Shown: one piece after another, positions 53,895-64,000 of the stretch
Numbering within the stretch: position 1 is the first letter of the stretch
How the letters are laid out: the number at the start of each line of letters is the position of its first letter
Source: Anaeromyxobacter sp.
GTDB lineage: Bacteria > Myxococcota > Myxococcia > Myxococcales > Anaeromyxobacteraceae
Reading direction: 5' to 3'
Assembly: GCA_049840735.1 (NCBI GenBank)
Contig: JASGJN010000017.1
Location: forward strand, 192,001-256,000
Length of the DNA: 64,000 nt
The notes under the pieces: model-generated
Databases searched by the model: none
What the model was told of the DNA's origin: nothing
Seen by the model: the letters and a program-made list of their open reading frames with translations, nothing else
Translations under genes and position numbers: made by a program

Positions 53895-54632
53895 TCACGG
53901 CGCGCTGGTGACGATCGCCTTCAGCCCGGTCTCTCGCGCCACGTCCTGGCGGTACCGCTCGGCGTCCTCGCGCGTGGCGAAGCGGCCGGTGCGAACCCGA
54001 TAGTAACGGCCCTTGCCCGGGATATCCGCGACTTCGACCCAGGGGGAGAGCCGGCGGTACCTGTCGGCGATCTTGTCGGCCTCTGCCTTACCCTGCACCG
54101 AGGCGACCTGCACGGACCATGATCCACGGGCAGCCGACGCGACGGAGGGCAGCGCGGCGCGCCCGGGGATGACTTCGGAGGGCGGGGCCTGCGCGGCGAC
54201 GGCCGCGGCCTCCTCCGAGCGGGGTGCGACAACGTCGGGAGGAGGCGTGGCCTGGACCGGGGCCGGGGCGGTGAAGGGCGCGGCCGGCGCCGCGGGCGCG
54301 GACGGCCCCGTGCCGGCGGCCAGCGGCGGCGGGATGGGCTTCTTCTCGGCCGGGGGCGGCGTCTGCGGCTTCTGCGCCGGCAGCGCGGTCACGAAGGTGA
54401 TCTCGCCGGGGCGCGGGGTGGCCGCCACGGGGCGCGCGGTCGCGCCGGCGTCCAGCCGCTGCAGATCGCCGCTGCGCGCCGCCGCGACCTCGGCCGCCGT
54501 CAGGTGCTTGCCGACGTTGACTCCCAGCCCGAAGGCCACGCCGACCACCACCAGCGCTCCCACCACCAGGCCGGCGATCTGGCGGCCGTCGAGCGCCAGC
54601 TCGAACCGCTCGCGGACCCTGGAGTTCCTCAT
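53895..54632 (-). CDS. SPOR domain cell-division protein (FtsN/DedD-like)
   Basis: N-terminal TM, Pro-rich linker, WSVQVAS...YYRVRTGRF; follows argS. Confidence 0.85.
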   Translation of the reverse strand: MRNSRVRERFELALDGRQIAGLVVGALVVVGVAFGLGVNVGKHLTAAEVAAARSGDLQRLDAGATARPVAATPRPGEITFVTALPAQKPQTPPPAEKKPIPPPLAAGTGPSAPAAPAAPFTAPAPVQATPPPDVVAPRSEEAAAVAAQAPPSEVIPGRAALPSVASAARGSWSVQVASVQGKAEADKIADRYRRLSPWVEVADIPGKGRYYRVRTGRFATREDAERYRQDVARETGLKAIVTSAP

Positions 54633-54698
54633 GGAATCACCCGCTCCGCCGCGCCGTGGCGCCCGCGATGGGCGGGCGGCGGCGCGGCAGGACGGATT

Positions 54699-56499
54699 CT
54701 AGACCTCGTCGGCGCTATCGCGAGTTTCCGGACTGTCCATGCGCTCGGGGGCAGAGACCCCCAGCACCGCCAGGCCGTTGGCCAGCACCTGCTGGAGGGC
54801 GCGGCAGAGGAACAGGCGGCCCGCGGTGGTGCGCGCGTCGGGGCTGATGACCCTCAGCTCGGGGCTCTTCTTGCCCTGCGTGTAGTAGCTGTGGAAGGCC
54901 GCGATGGTCTCCTGCAGGTAGAACGCGACCCGGTGCGGCTCGTAGGCCAGCGCCGCCCCGGCCAGCATGTCCGGGAAGGCGGCGATGCGCCGGATCAGGT
55001 CCTGCTCCGCCGGGGAGGTGAGCGTGCGGACCGCCTCCAGGTCGAACCCGGGCCGCGCCACGCCCTCCGACTGCGCCTTGGCGAAGATCGACGACAGCCG
55101 GGCGTGGCCGTACTGCACGTAGAACACCGGGTTGTCCAGCGTCTGCTGCTTGGCCAGGTCGAGGTCGAAGTCGAGCGGCGCGTCGGCGCGGCGGGTCAGG
55201 AAGATGAAGCGGGCGGCGTCGCGGCCCACGTCGTCCACCACCTCGCGCAGGTTGACCAGCGTGCCGGCGCGCTTCGACATCTTCACGGCCTCCCCGCTCC
55301 TGAGCAGGTTGACCATCTGGATGACGATGACGTGCAGGTCCTTGCGATCGCCGCCCAGCGCCTCCAGCGCGGCCTCGAGCCGCGGGATGTAGCCGCCGTG
55401 GTCGGCGCCCAGCACGTCCACGAGGATGTCGGCGCGCTGCTTCTTCTGCCAGTGGTAGGCGATGTCGGCGCAGAAGTAAGTGGGCGTGCCGTCGGCCTTC
55501 TTGACCGGGCGGTCCACCTCGTCGCCGAACTGCGAGGAGCGGAAGAGCGTCAGGTCGTCGGCGGCGGAGACGCCCTCCTCGTCGGTCTGCGGCTGGGGCG
55601 GCGGCTGGCCCTTCTTGGACTTGGGCGGCGGCAGCTTGCCGACGTAGATGAGGTCCTTCTCCTGCAGCATCTTCAGGAAGCGGTCGACGGTGCTGGACTG
55701 GTAGAGCGCCTTCTCCGAGGACCAGACGTCGAACTGGATGTTGATGGCGCCCAGGTCGCCCTTGATCAGCTCCAGCACGTGGGCCACGCCGCGATCGCGG
55801 AAGAGGTCCAGCCACTCCGCCTCGGGCGCGTCCAGGTACTTGCCGCCGAAGTCGGCCTGGAGGCCGGCGGCGATGTCCTTCACGTAGTCGCCCGGGTAGC
55901 TCTTGGGCGGCATGGTGACGGTCCGGCCGTGCAGCTCCTGGTAGCGCAGGTGGATGGACCGGGCCAGCGTCTGCACCTGGGCGCCGTAGTCGTTGACGTA
56001 GTACTCGCGCGTCACGTCGAAGCCGGCCCAGCGCAGCAGGCTCTGCGCGCCGTCGCCCACCACCGCGCCGCGGCCGTGGCCGACGTGCATGGGGCCGGTC
56101 GGGTTGGCCGAGACGTACTCGACGATGACCTTCTTGCCCTGGCCCACCTGCGTGCGGCCGTAGTCGGCGCCCTGCGCCACGGCCCGCTCCAGCGAGCGGA
56201 ACCAGGAGATCGGGGGCGACCCGCACGTTGATGAAGCCGGGGCCGGCAATCTCCAGGCCGGTGATCTCGCCCGCGGCGTCGGCGGCGCGGACCGCCTCGA
56301 CGATGGCGGCGGCCAGCTCGCGCGGCGGCTTGCCGGCGGGCTTGGCCAGCACCATGGCGGCGTTCACGGCGAAGTCACCGTGCTTCGGGTCGCGCGGAGC
56401 CTCGACGGCGAAGCCGGCCTCGACGGCGGGCCAGCGCCCCTGGGCGGCCCCCTGCTCGATCGCCCGGCGGAAGATCTCGATGACGCGGTCTCTGACCAT
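54699..56499 (-). CDS. argS: Arginine--tRNA ligase (frameshift at ~56205)
   Basis: [57 protein letters not shown]. Confidence 0.96.
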
Positions 56500-56598
56500 G
56501 GGAGGGCCTGTCTACCGGGCGCAGGGCCGGGAAGCAAGGGCGCCGGTGGCCGCGGCCAGGCGCGCGGAACGGCTCGGGTTCCGGGCGGGTCGGACCGC

Positions 56599-57699
56599 TC
56601 AGGCGTACGCGTCGAAGGCGCCGCAGCGGCGGCAGCGCCAGGCCCGGGCCACGGCGTCCCCGCCGCAGCGCTGGCAGCGGGGGGCGCGCCCCTTCCGCAG
56701 CAGCGCCGTGACCAGCAGGTCGTGGCGCGCGGCCAGGTCCTCCGGGCCCGGCGCCTCCGCCTCGCGCAGGAGCTCGCGCATGGCCAGGGTGACCTCGCCG
56801 GTGCCGTCGTGCTCCAGGGCACGGCGCAGGGCCCGCAGCGCGCCGGGGGTGTCGCCGGCCCGGTGCAGCGCCCGTCCGTGCAGCAGGTGGAGCGCGGCGT
56901 CCGCGGGGCGCGTCTCCAGCCGCCGGGCCACGAAGGCGGCGGCGGCGGCCGCGTCGGAGAGCGCCCCCAGCGCCGGCCAGGCCAGCGCCGCGGCCCGCGC
57001 GTCGGCGTCCAGCGCGCGGGCGGCGGCCGCCAGCGTCCCGTCCACGTCGCCGGCGGCGGTGCGCGCCTCGGCCAGCGCCATCCAGCCGTCGGCGCTCTCC
57101 GGGTATGCGGCCAGCGCCTGCTGGGCCAGATCGGTGGCGCCGGCCGGATCGGCCGGGAGCGCGGTGCGGGCCCACGCCGACAGCAGATGGGCCAGCACCG
57201 GGTCCTGCCCCGGCTCGCCCAGGCGGCGCTGGATCCCGGCGGCCCCCGCCAGATCTCCCTGCTCCACCCGGACGTCGCGCAGCCCCTCGGCGGCGGAGCG
57301 GTCCTGCGGCGCCAGCCGCTCGTAGATCTCGGCCGCCTCGACCAGCATGCCACTGCGCCGGTAGTCCTCGGCCAGCTCGCGCTCCACCTCCGGCCGGCGC
57401 GCCTGCGGCAGGGCCGGCCCGAGCAGCATGTTGCGGTGCAGCCGCACCGCCCGCGCGAAATCGCCCTCGCGCCGGAAGAGCGCGCCCAGGGCCAGGTAGG
57501 TCTCGACCGCCTCGGGGTGGCCCAGCCGCGCGGCGTCGGAGAGCGCCTCGATGGCGGCGTCCGGGTCGCCGGAGATGACCGACCGGACGCCCTTGAGGTA
57601 GGCCTGCGCCTCGTCCCGGCGCTTGCGCAGCCGGTCGGCCAGGAGCAGCGCGGCGGCGGCGAAGGCGGCAGCCGCGATGGCGAGCCAGAGCGCGCTCAC
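56599..57699 (-). CDS. LapB/YciM-like TPR protein with C-terminal CxxC...CxxC
   Basis: TM, YLKG, LALGALFRREGDFARAVRLHRNML, CQRCG...WRCRRCG. Confidence 0.8.
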   Translation of the reverse strand: MSALWLAIAAAAFAAAALLLADRLRKRRDEAQAYLKGVRSVISGDPDAAIEALSDAARLGHPEAVETYLALGALFRREGDFARAVRLHRNMLLGPALPQARRPEVERELAEDYRRSGMLVEAAEIYERLAPQDRSAAEGLRDVRVEQGDLAGAAGIQRRLGEPGQDPVLAHLLSAWARTALPADPAGATDLAQQALAAYPESADGWMALAEARTAAGDVDGTLAAAARALDADARAAALAWPALGALSDAAAAAAFVARRLETRPADAALHLLHGRALHRAGDTPGALRALRRALEHDGTGEVTLAMRELLREAEAPGPEDLAARHDLLVTALLRKGRAPRCQRCGGDAVARAWRCRRCGAFDAYA

Positions 57700-58197
57700 G
57701 TCCCTCCGAGCCCGGCGAAGCCGGCGCTGAGCCGCGCCCAGGCCTCGTCCAGCGCCTCCACCACCACGCGCTGGTCGGCCAGCACCGGCATGAAGTTGTT
57801 GTCCCCGCCCCAGCGCGGGACGATGTGCCAGTGCAGGTGCTCGGCGATGCCGGCCCCGGCCACGTGGCCCAGGTTCATCCCCACGTTGAGCCCCTCCGGC
57901 CGGTAGACCGCCCGCACCACGGCGGCGGCGCGCCGGAGCTCGTCCTGCAGGTCGGCCCAGAATCGCCGGGGGCAGCGCGTCGAGGTCGGCCCCGTGCTGG
58001 CGCGGGATCACCATCACGTGGCCGGAGTTGTAGGGGAAGCGGTTCAGGCAGGTGAAGGCGTGCTCGGTGCGGTGGACCACCAGGTTCTGGCGATCCTCCG
58101 CCTCGGGGGCGGCCGGGAACTGGCAGAAGATGCACCCCTTCGGCTTCTCGGAGCGGATGAAGGCCATCCGCCAGGGGGCCCAGAGTGGCTGCTGCAC
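57696..58197 (-). CDS. HIT family hydrolase (frameshift at ~57961)
   Basis: LWAPWRM, CIFC, LNRFPYNSGH, NLG..AGAGIAEHLHWHIVPRW. Confidence 0.9.
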
Positions 58198-58208
58198 TTT
58201 CGACTCCC

Positions 58209-59304
58209 TCACCGCGACAGGAAGTAGATGCCCGGGTCCTGCGCCGCGCGGGCGCCCTGCGCCACGCGCGCCTTGACCGCGTCGGCGGCCGCGCCGGCCG
58301 CCTGGCCCATGAGCTGCTCCAGCAGCTTGCCCTTCTCCTCCGGCGGGTAGACCAGCACCGGCTCGCCCTCGAGGCCGGCCTCGGCCATGGCCAGGTCCAC
58401 CGCGTCGTAGAAGTTGCCCAGCTGGTCCACCAGCTTGCGCTCCTTGGCCTCGGCGCCGGTGATGACGCGGCCGTCGGCGATGGGACGCACGGCTTCCTTG
58501 TCGAGGTGGCGGCCCTCGGCCACGGCGGTGAGGAACTGGTCGTAGACGCCGTCGATGAGCGACTGCCAGTAGGCGCGATCCTCCGGCGGCATGTCGCGGA
58601 ACGGGTTGCCCGCGTCCTTGAGCTTGCCGCTCTTGACCGTCTCCACCTTGATGTCCCAGCGCTCGACCAGCCCCTTCACGTTGGGGAACTGGCTGATCAC
58701 GCCGATGGAGGCGGTGAGCGTGCCGGGGGCGGCCACGATCCTGGGGCAGGCCACGGCGATGTAGAAGCCTCCCGAGGCGGCCAGGTTGCCGAGCGAGCAG
58801 ACGACCGTCTTCTTCGCGGCCAGCCGCTTCACCTCGTCGTGGATCTCCTGGCTCGGGCCCACGGCGCCGCCGGGGGAGTCGATTCCGGATCACCACCGCC
58901 TTGAGGTCGGTGTCGTTCTCGAGCTTGCGCAGCTGCTTGAGCACCTTGTCGGCGTCCACGCCGCCGTCCATGCCGATGCCGCCCTTCACCTCGACGACCG
59001 CCACGCGCGGTCCGCCGCCGAGCGCCGCCCCGTCGCCCTTCACGGCGCCGAAGGCCAGCAGCAGGAAGGCGAAGAAGACCAGGAACAGGCCGCCGAAGAC
59101 GGTCAGCACCAGCACCGTGGCCAGGCGGTCGCGCCGCGGCGGCTGCGGCGGCGGCATCACGCCGGCCGGCGGGCCCCACCCGGCGGGCGGCGGCGGCGGC
59201 GCGCCCCAGCGCGCCGGCTCGGGCCGCGGGGGCGGCTGGACCGGCTCGGAGGAGGTGACGGGGGTGGTGGGCAGCGGGGGCTGGCCGGGGTCGTTGGGAT
59301 CCAT
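58209..59304 (-). CDS. sppA: Signal peptide peptidase SppA with Pro-rich N-terminus (frameshift at ~58883)
   Basis: IRIDSPGG (corrected), AASGGFYIA, TASIGVI, KSGKLKDAG, ADGRV. Confidence 0.9.
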
Positions 59305-59436
59305 TGTGGGCAGGTAACCACGCGACGGGGCGGCTCGCAACGGTTCGGGACAGGGGCCCTGCCGTGGCCTCCGGCCTTCGAGTGCCCCCCGGTCCCGTGA
59401 CTCGCCGGATGGCGCGCGGTCCGGCACGATCGCCTC

Positions 59437-60138
59437 GTGCTGCAGCGCCGCTCCCCCAGCCGCCTCCCGCCTCCTGCCCCCCGCGCGCTCGCGCTGGCGG
59501 CGCTGGCGCTGGCGGGCTGCGCCGGTGCGCCGCCGCCCGCGCCCGCTGAGCCCGCCGCGACCACCTCGTCCGCGCCGCGCCACCTCGCCTACGCCGAGAG
59601 CCCGGTGATCTGCACGCTGGGGCGCTCCATGCGCGAGGACCTGCCCAGCCACGAGGGCGGCCAGGTGACCGGCTACACCATCTCGCCGCCGCTGCCGCCG
59701 GGGCTGCACCTCGACCCCGTCACCGGCGCCATCGCCGGCACGCCGCGCGCGCCAGGCGCCAGCCGCCACACGGTGACGGCGCGCAACGCCGCCGGGGCGG
59801 CGTCGACCATCCTCTACCTGACCGTGGCCGAGCCGCCGCCGGCCGCGCTCCGGTACGCCGAGGGGCGCGCCAGCTACGCGCGCGGCGCCCGCATCCGGGC
59901 CAACCTCCCGGCCGCGGTGGGCGGGCGCGCGCTGGCCTGGAGCGTCGCGCCGGCGCTCCCGCCCGGGCTGGAGCTGGACCGGCGCACGGGCGCCATCCGC
60001 GGCACGCCCACGCTGGCCGCGCTCGAGGCCACCTACGTCGTCACCGCCCGCGGCGCCAGCGGCGCCGCCTCGGCCGAGCTGCGGGTCGAGGTGACGGACT
60101 CGCCGGCCGGCGTCGTGGCGTTGGCCGCGCAGCCCTGA
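59437..60138 (+). CDS. Lipoprotein with two putative Ig (He_PIG-like) domains
   Basis: LALAGC lipobox; LPPGL.LD..TGAI.GTP twice. Confidence 0.8.
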   Translation: MLQRRSPSRLPPPAPRALALAALALAGCAGAPPPAPAEPAATTSSAPRHLAYAESPVICTLGRSMREDLPSHEGGQVTGYTISPPLPPGLHLDPVTGAIAGTPRAPGASRHTVTARNAAGAASTILYLTVAEPPPAALRYAEGRASYARGARIRANLPAAVGGRALAWSVAPALPPGLELDRRTGAIRGTPTLAALEATYVVTARGASGAASAELRVEVTDSPAGVVALAAQP

Positions 60139-60270
60139 CCCGCGACGGACGGCCGCACCCTTATTCACGTTGGGTGACTGCATCCCAGGGTTCGGCGACT
60201 CGCGCCCGACACCAGGGTCGGGCAGCATGGCGCCTCCACCGTGCGCGAACCCGACCTCCCCGAGGACCCC

Positions 60271-63200
60271 ATGCGCCAGCGCTCCGCCGCCCTGCCCCGC
60301 CTCGCCCTGCCCCTGCTCGCGCTGACCGCCGCGCTGGGCTGCTCCAACGACCCCTCGGCCCCGGCCGCGCTGACCTACGCTGCCAACCCGGTCACCTACA
60401 CCGTCGGTGTCGAGATCGCCGAGAACGCGCCCGCCCACCTCGGCGGCCCGGTCGACCGCTACAGCGTCTCCCCGGCCCTCCCGGCGGGCCTCGCCCTGGA
60501 CGCCCGCACCGGCGTGATCTCCGGCACGCCCACTGCCGCGGCGCCCCAGGCCAGCTACGCCGTGACGGCGCACGGCCCGGGCGGCAGCGCCTCCACCACG
60601 CTGGTCGTCACGGTGGTCGACTCCCCGCCCCGCCACCTGGCCTATGCCGTCAACCCTGCCACCTACACCGTCGGCCAGGACGCCGCGCCCAACGCGCTCG
60701 TGCAGCAGGGCGGCGCGGCGCTCTCGGTCACTGTCACTCCGGAGCTGCCGCCCGGACTCGCGCTCGACCCCATCACCGGCACCATCTCCGGCACCCCCAC
60801 GGTCATCAGCCCGGCCGCCACCTACACGGTCACCGCCCACAACTCCGGCGGTGAGGCCTCCGTCGAGCTGGTCCTGGCGGTCAACGACCAGGCCCCCGAG
60901 GCGCTCGCCTACGCCTTGAACCCGGCGGTCTACACGGTCGGCAGCGCCATCGCGGCCAACGCCCCCGCCTCCGAGGGCGGCGCGGTCACCGGCTACGAGG
61001 TCTTCCCGCCGCTGCCCGACGGGCTCGCCCTCGATCCGGTCACCGGCGTCGTCTCCGGCACCCCCACCACCGTCACCCCGGCCGGCACCTACCTCGTCAC
61101 CGCCTCCAACTCCGGCGGGTCCACCACGGCCGAGCTGGGCCTCACGGTGAACGACGTGCCGCCCTCGGCGCTCGCGTACGCCGTCAACCCGCTCGTCGCA
61201 ACGGTGGGCCAGGCCGTCTCCGACCTGGCCAGCGCCCAGGGCGGCCCGGTCCTCACCTGGACGGCCCTCTCCGCGCTCCCAGCCGGCCTCTCGGTCGACG
61301 CGCTCAGCGGCGAGGTCCGCGGCACGCCCACGGCCGTCACCCCCGCCGGCGTCTACACCGTGGTCGCGTCCAACTCCGGCGGCCAGGGCTCGGTGGACCT
61401 CTCCATCACCGTGAACGACGTGCCCCCGTCGGCGCTGGTCTACGCCCAGGACCCGGCCACCTACACCCGCGGCGTCGCCATCGCGGCCAACACGCCCAGC
61501 CACGCCGGCGGCGCGGTGGTCTCCTACGCCGTCTCGCCCGCCCTGCCCGCTGGGCTCTCCCTCGACGCTGGCACCGGCGCCATCACCGGCACCCCGACCG
61601 CCATCACCGCCGCGGCCACCTACACCGTGACCGCCACCAATACCGGCGGCCAGACCTCCGCCGCGGTGAGCATCACGGTCAACGACCAGGCCCCCACCGG
61701 CCTCGCCTACGCCGTGAACCCGGCCGTCCACACCCTCGGCGCGGCCATCGCCCCCAACACCGTCACGGCCGGCGGTGGCGCGGTCCTCTCGTGGGCCATC
61801 GCGCCTACGCTGCCGGCCGGCCTGGCCTTCGACACCGCCACCGGCGCCATCTCCGGCACGCCCACCGCGCTCGCTCCGCAGGCCGCGTACACCGTCACCG
61901 CCACCAACACCGGCGGCACCGCCTCGGTCGACCTGAGCCTGACGGTGAACGACGTCCCGCCCTCCGGCCTCACCTACGCCCTCAACCCGGCCACCTACCA
62001 GGCCACCATCGCCATCGGCGACAACACCCCCACCGTCAGCGGCGGCCCGGTCACCTCCTGGTCGGTCGAGCCCCCGCTGCCGGCCGGCCTGACCCTCGAC
62101 GCAGCCACCGGCGTCCTCTCCGGCACCCCGGAGGCCGAGGCCGCCCAGGCCACCTACACCGTCACGGCCACCAACTCCGGCGGCAGCACCGCCACCGGCC
62201 TCACGCTCACCGTCCGCCCCGCGCCCTTCTGCGGCGACGGCAGCGTCGACGCCGGCGAGGCCTGCGATGACGGCAACACGGTCGCGAACGACGGCTGCAA
62301 CGCCACCTGCCAGGCCGAGGTCTGCGGCGACGGCGTCGTGCAGCCCGGGATCGGCGAGCAGTGCGACGACGGCAACACCGTGAGCGGAGACCACTGCGAC
62401 GCCGTCTGCCAGACGGAGCTGTTCCAGACCCGGCCGCCGCAGGTCGTGAGCGGTGCGCTGGCCTGCTCGTCCGTCGGGTCCAACAGCTCCCGCATGGTGG
62501 GCGTGGACGAGGGGCAGAACGTCTACGTCCTCATGAACTGCGGCGCGGTCCACGTCGCGGTGAGCCGCGACCGCGGGGCCGCCTACTCGCCCCCGGAGGA
62601 CCTGAGCACCGGCGCGGTCGCGCCCGTGAGCCAGGCGGCGGTCGCCGGCGGCCCCGCCGGCGTGGCCTACGCCGTCTTCCAGGCCAGCAGCGGCCACGTC
62701 TTCCTGCGCACCACCCATGACGCCGGCGCGACCTGGAGCGCGCCGCTGCAGCTGAGCCAAGTCCCTGCTCCGAACGTGAGCGTGTCCATCGCCGCCTCCG
62801 GCGAGGACGTCTACGTCGCCTGGTACGCGAACGGCGGCACGATGACGGTGGCCCACAACCACGCGCGCGGCCAGGGCGCCTTCAGCTTGACCCCGGTCGC
62901 GATGGCCCTGACCTACCACGACGTCCTGCTGGATCCCGACACGCGGCAGGTGTTCGCCGTCTCGGACACGCCCGTGCTGCGAGTGCGGGCCAGCACCGAC
63001 CAGGGGGCCACCTTCGCCGCCGTGGAAATGCCACCCGGCCAGCAGTACTACTCGGACTGGGCCCTCGGCAACGGGACCATCTTCGTCGTCGGCTCGTACG
63101 GCAGCACGTCGCTCCACCGGATCCCGGTGACCGCGCTCGGCACGTCCACGGCGATCGCGGGCCTGCCGGCGAACACCGCCCCGGGGAACTTCCGGGCCGT

Positions 63201-63420
63201 CGCCGCCGACCGGGCCGGGAACGCCTACGTCACCTCCCAGCTCACCACCGACGAGGTCCAGCTCGACAGGCTGCCCGCCGGAGCCGACGCCTTCGACCCC
63301 CCGCGGACGCTGGCCGCCGACAGCCAGTATCCGAGCTGCGCCGCGCTCCCGGACGACGAGGGCGTCGCCGTCACCTATGGCAGCGGGGACGCGGTGTACG
63401 TCACGATCCAGACGTACTGA
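60271..63420 (+). CDS. Surface lipoprotein: 7 He_PIG-like Ig repeats, 2 myxobacterial Cys-rich repeats, C-terminal Asp-box beta-propeller-like domain
   Basis: ALTAALGC; 7x LPxGLxxDxxTGxxxGTP; CGDG...GE.CDDGN x2; SRDRGAAY, THDAGATW, STDQGATF. Confidence 0.88.
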   Translation: MRQRSAALPRLALPLLALTAALGCSNDPSAPAALTYAANPVTYTVGVEIAENAPAHLGGPVDRYSVSPALPAGLALDARTGVISGTPTAAAPQASYAVTAHGPGGSASTTLVVTVVDSPPRHLAYAVNPATYTVGQDAAPNALVQQGGAALSVTVTPELPPGLALDPITGTISGTPTVISPAATYTVTAHNSGGEASVELVLAVNDQAPEALAYALNPAVYTVGSAIAANAPASEGGAVTGYEVFPPLPDGLALDPVTGVVSGTPTTVTPAGTYLVTASNSGGSTTAELGLTVNDVPPSALAYAVNPLVATVGQAVSDLASAQGGPVLTWTALSALPAGLSVDALSGEVRGTPTAVTPAGVYTVVASNSGGQGSVDLSITVNDVPPSALVYAQDPATYTRGVAIAANTPSHAGGAVVSYAVSPALPAGLSLDAGTGAITGTPTAITAAATYTVTATNTGGQTSAAVSITVNDQAPTGLAYAVNPAVHTLGAAIAPNTVTAGGGAVLSWAIAPTLPAGLAFDTATGAISGTPTALAPQAAYTVTATNTGGTASVDLSLTVNDVPPSGLTYALNPATYQATIAIGDNTPTVSGGPVTSWSVEPPLPAGLTLDAATGVLSGTPEAEAAQATYTVTATNSGGSTATGLTLTVRPAPFCGDGSVDAGEACDDGNTVANDGCNATCQAEVCGDGVVQPGIGEQCDDGNTVSGDHCDAVCQTELFQTRPPQVVSGALACSSVGSNSSRMVGVDEGQNVYVLMNCGAVHVAVSRDRGAAYSPPEDLSTGAVAPVSQAAVAGGPAGVAYAVFQASSGHVFLRTTHDAGATWSAPLQLSQVPAPNVSVSIAASGEDVYVAWYANGGTMTVAHNHARGQGAFSLTPVAMALTYHDVLLDPDTRQVFAVSDTPVLRVRASTDQGATFAAVEMPPGQQYYSDWALGNGTIFVVGSYGSTSLHRIPVTALGTSTAIAGLPANTAPGNFRAVAADRAGNAYVTSQLTTDEVQLDRLPAGADAFDPPRTLAADSQYPSCAALPDDEGVAVTYGSGDAVYVTIQTY

Positions 63421-63593
63421 CGCACGCCCGCGCGCGCTGCCCGGAGTCGGGGCAGCGCGCAGCGGCGCACCGCCGCAAACCGCGTTCACATACAGTGACC
63501 TTGCCCCAGGGTCCGGCGACTGGCGGCCGGACCCTGGGTCGGGCACGATGCCCGAGCACCGTGGGTGAATCCACGCCCCGCCGCAAGGACACC

Positions 63594-64000
63594 ATGCGCC
63601 AGCCCTCCGCCGCACGCTCCCGCCTCGCCCTGCCCCTGCTCGCCCTGGCCGGTTCCCTGGCCTGCGGCGGTGACCCCTCGGCCCCCTCCGCGCTGACCTA
63701 CGCCGCGAACCCGGTCACCTACACCGTGGGCGTCGAGATCGGCGAGAGCGCGCCCACCCACCTCGGCGGCTCGGCCGACGCCTACACCGTCACGCCGGCG
63801 CTCCCCGCCGGCATCACGCTCGACGCCCGCACCGGCGTGCTCTCCGGCACGCCCACTGTCGCGGCTGCCCGGGCCAGCTACGTCGTGACGGCCCGCGGGC
63901 CCGGCGGCAGTACCTCCACCACGCTGGTCGTCACGGTGGTCGACTCCCCGCCCCGCCACCTGGCCTACGCCCAGAACCCGGCCCGCTACACCGCCGGCCT
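63594..64000 (+). CDS. Ig-repeat lipoprotein paralog of 60271..63420 (partial)
   Basis: MRQPSAARSRLALPLLALAGSLAC.GDPSAPSALTYAANPVTYTVG, closely similar N-terminus. Confidence 0.85.
   Translation, partial: MRQPSAARSRLALPLLALAGSLACGGDPSAPSALTYAANPVTYTVGVEIGESAPTHLGGSADAYTVTPALPAGITLDARTGVLSGTPTVAAARASYVVTARGPGGSTSTTLVVTVVDSPPRHLAYAQNPARYTAG

Noticed and set aside
56599..63615. 2338-aa minus-strand ORF
   Set aside because: Antisense shadow of the Ig-repeat genes, chained through frameshifted sppA/HIT fragments into the real lapB-like gene; stop-poor frames are expected at this GC content.

Overview
Very GC-rich 64 kb of mostly core chromosome, most consistent with an Anaeromyxobacter-like myxobacterium (inferred from gene content, no search run). 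It contains rimK, dnaK plus two further Hsp70s (one fused to a PilZ-like domain), a PIN-PhoH gene, two diguanylate cyclases, an EmrAB/TetR efflux unit, a Fur-boxed feo operon, two tRNA-Leu genes, a sigma54 two-component pair, PrkA, clpX, truA, a DsrE/ThiF/TusA/ThiF/cysC/larE sulfur cluster, ino1, ferredoxin, pgk-tpiA-secG, argS, lapB/HIT/sppA and a tandem array of Ig-repeat lipoproteins. No integrase, transposase, prophage or CRISPR array was seen. Best leads: (1) two complementary ThiF/MoeB paralogs that look like an active plus pseudo-subunit heterodimeric E1 in a sulfur-relay operon; (2) a glutaredoxin-like gene whose annotated stop is probably a selenocysteine UGA followed by a SECIS-like hairpin; (3) frameshifts that fall systematically at GATC sites, suggesting a methylation-linked sequencing artefact rather than pseudogenes; (4) an exact 71-bp duplication of the phoH 3' end flanking a structured repeat; (5) a PilZ-Hsp70 fusion with intact c-di-GMP motifs. 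Start codons were chosen by eye, and coordinates of frameshifted genes are reconstructions.
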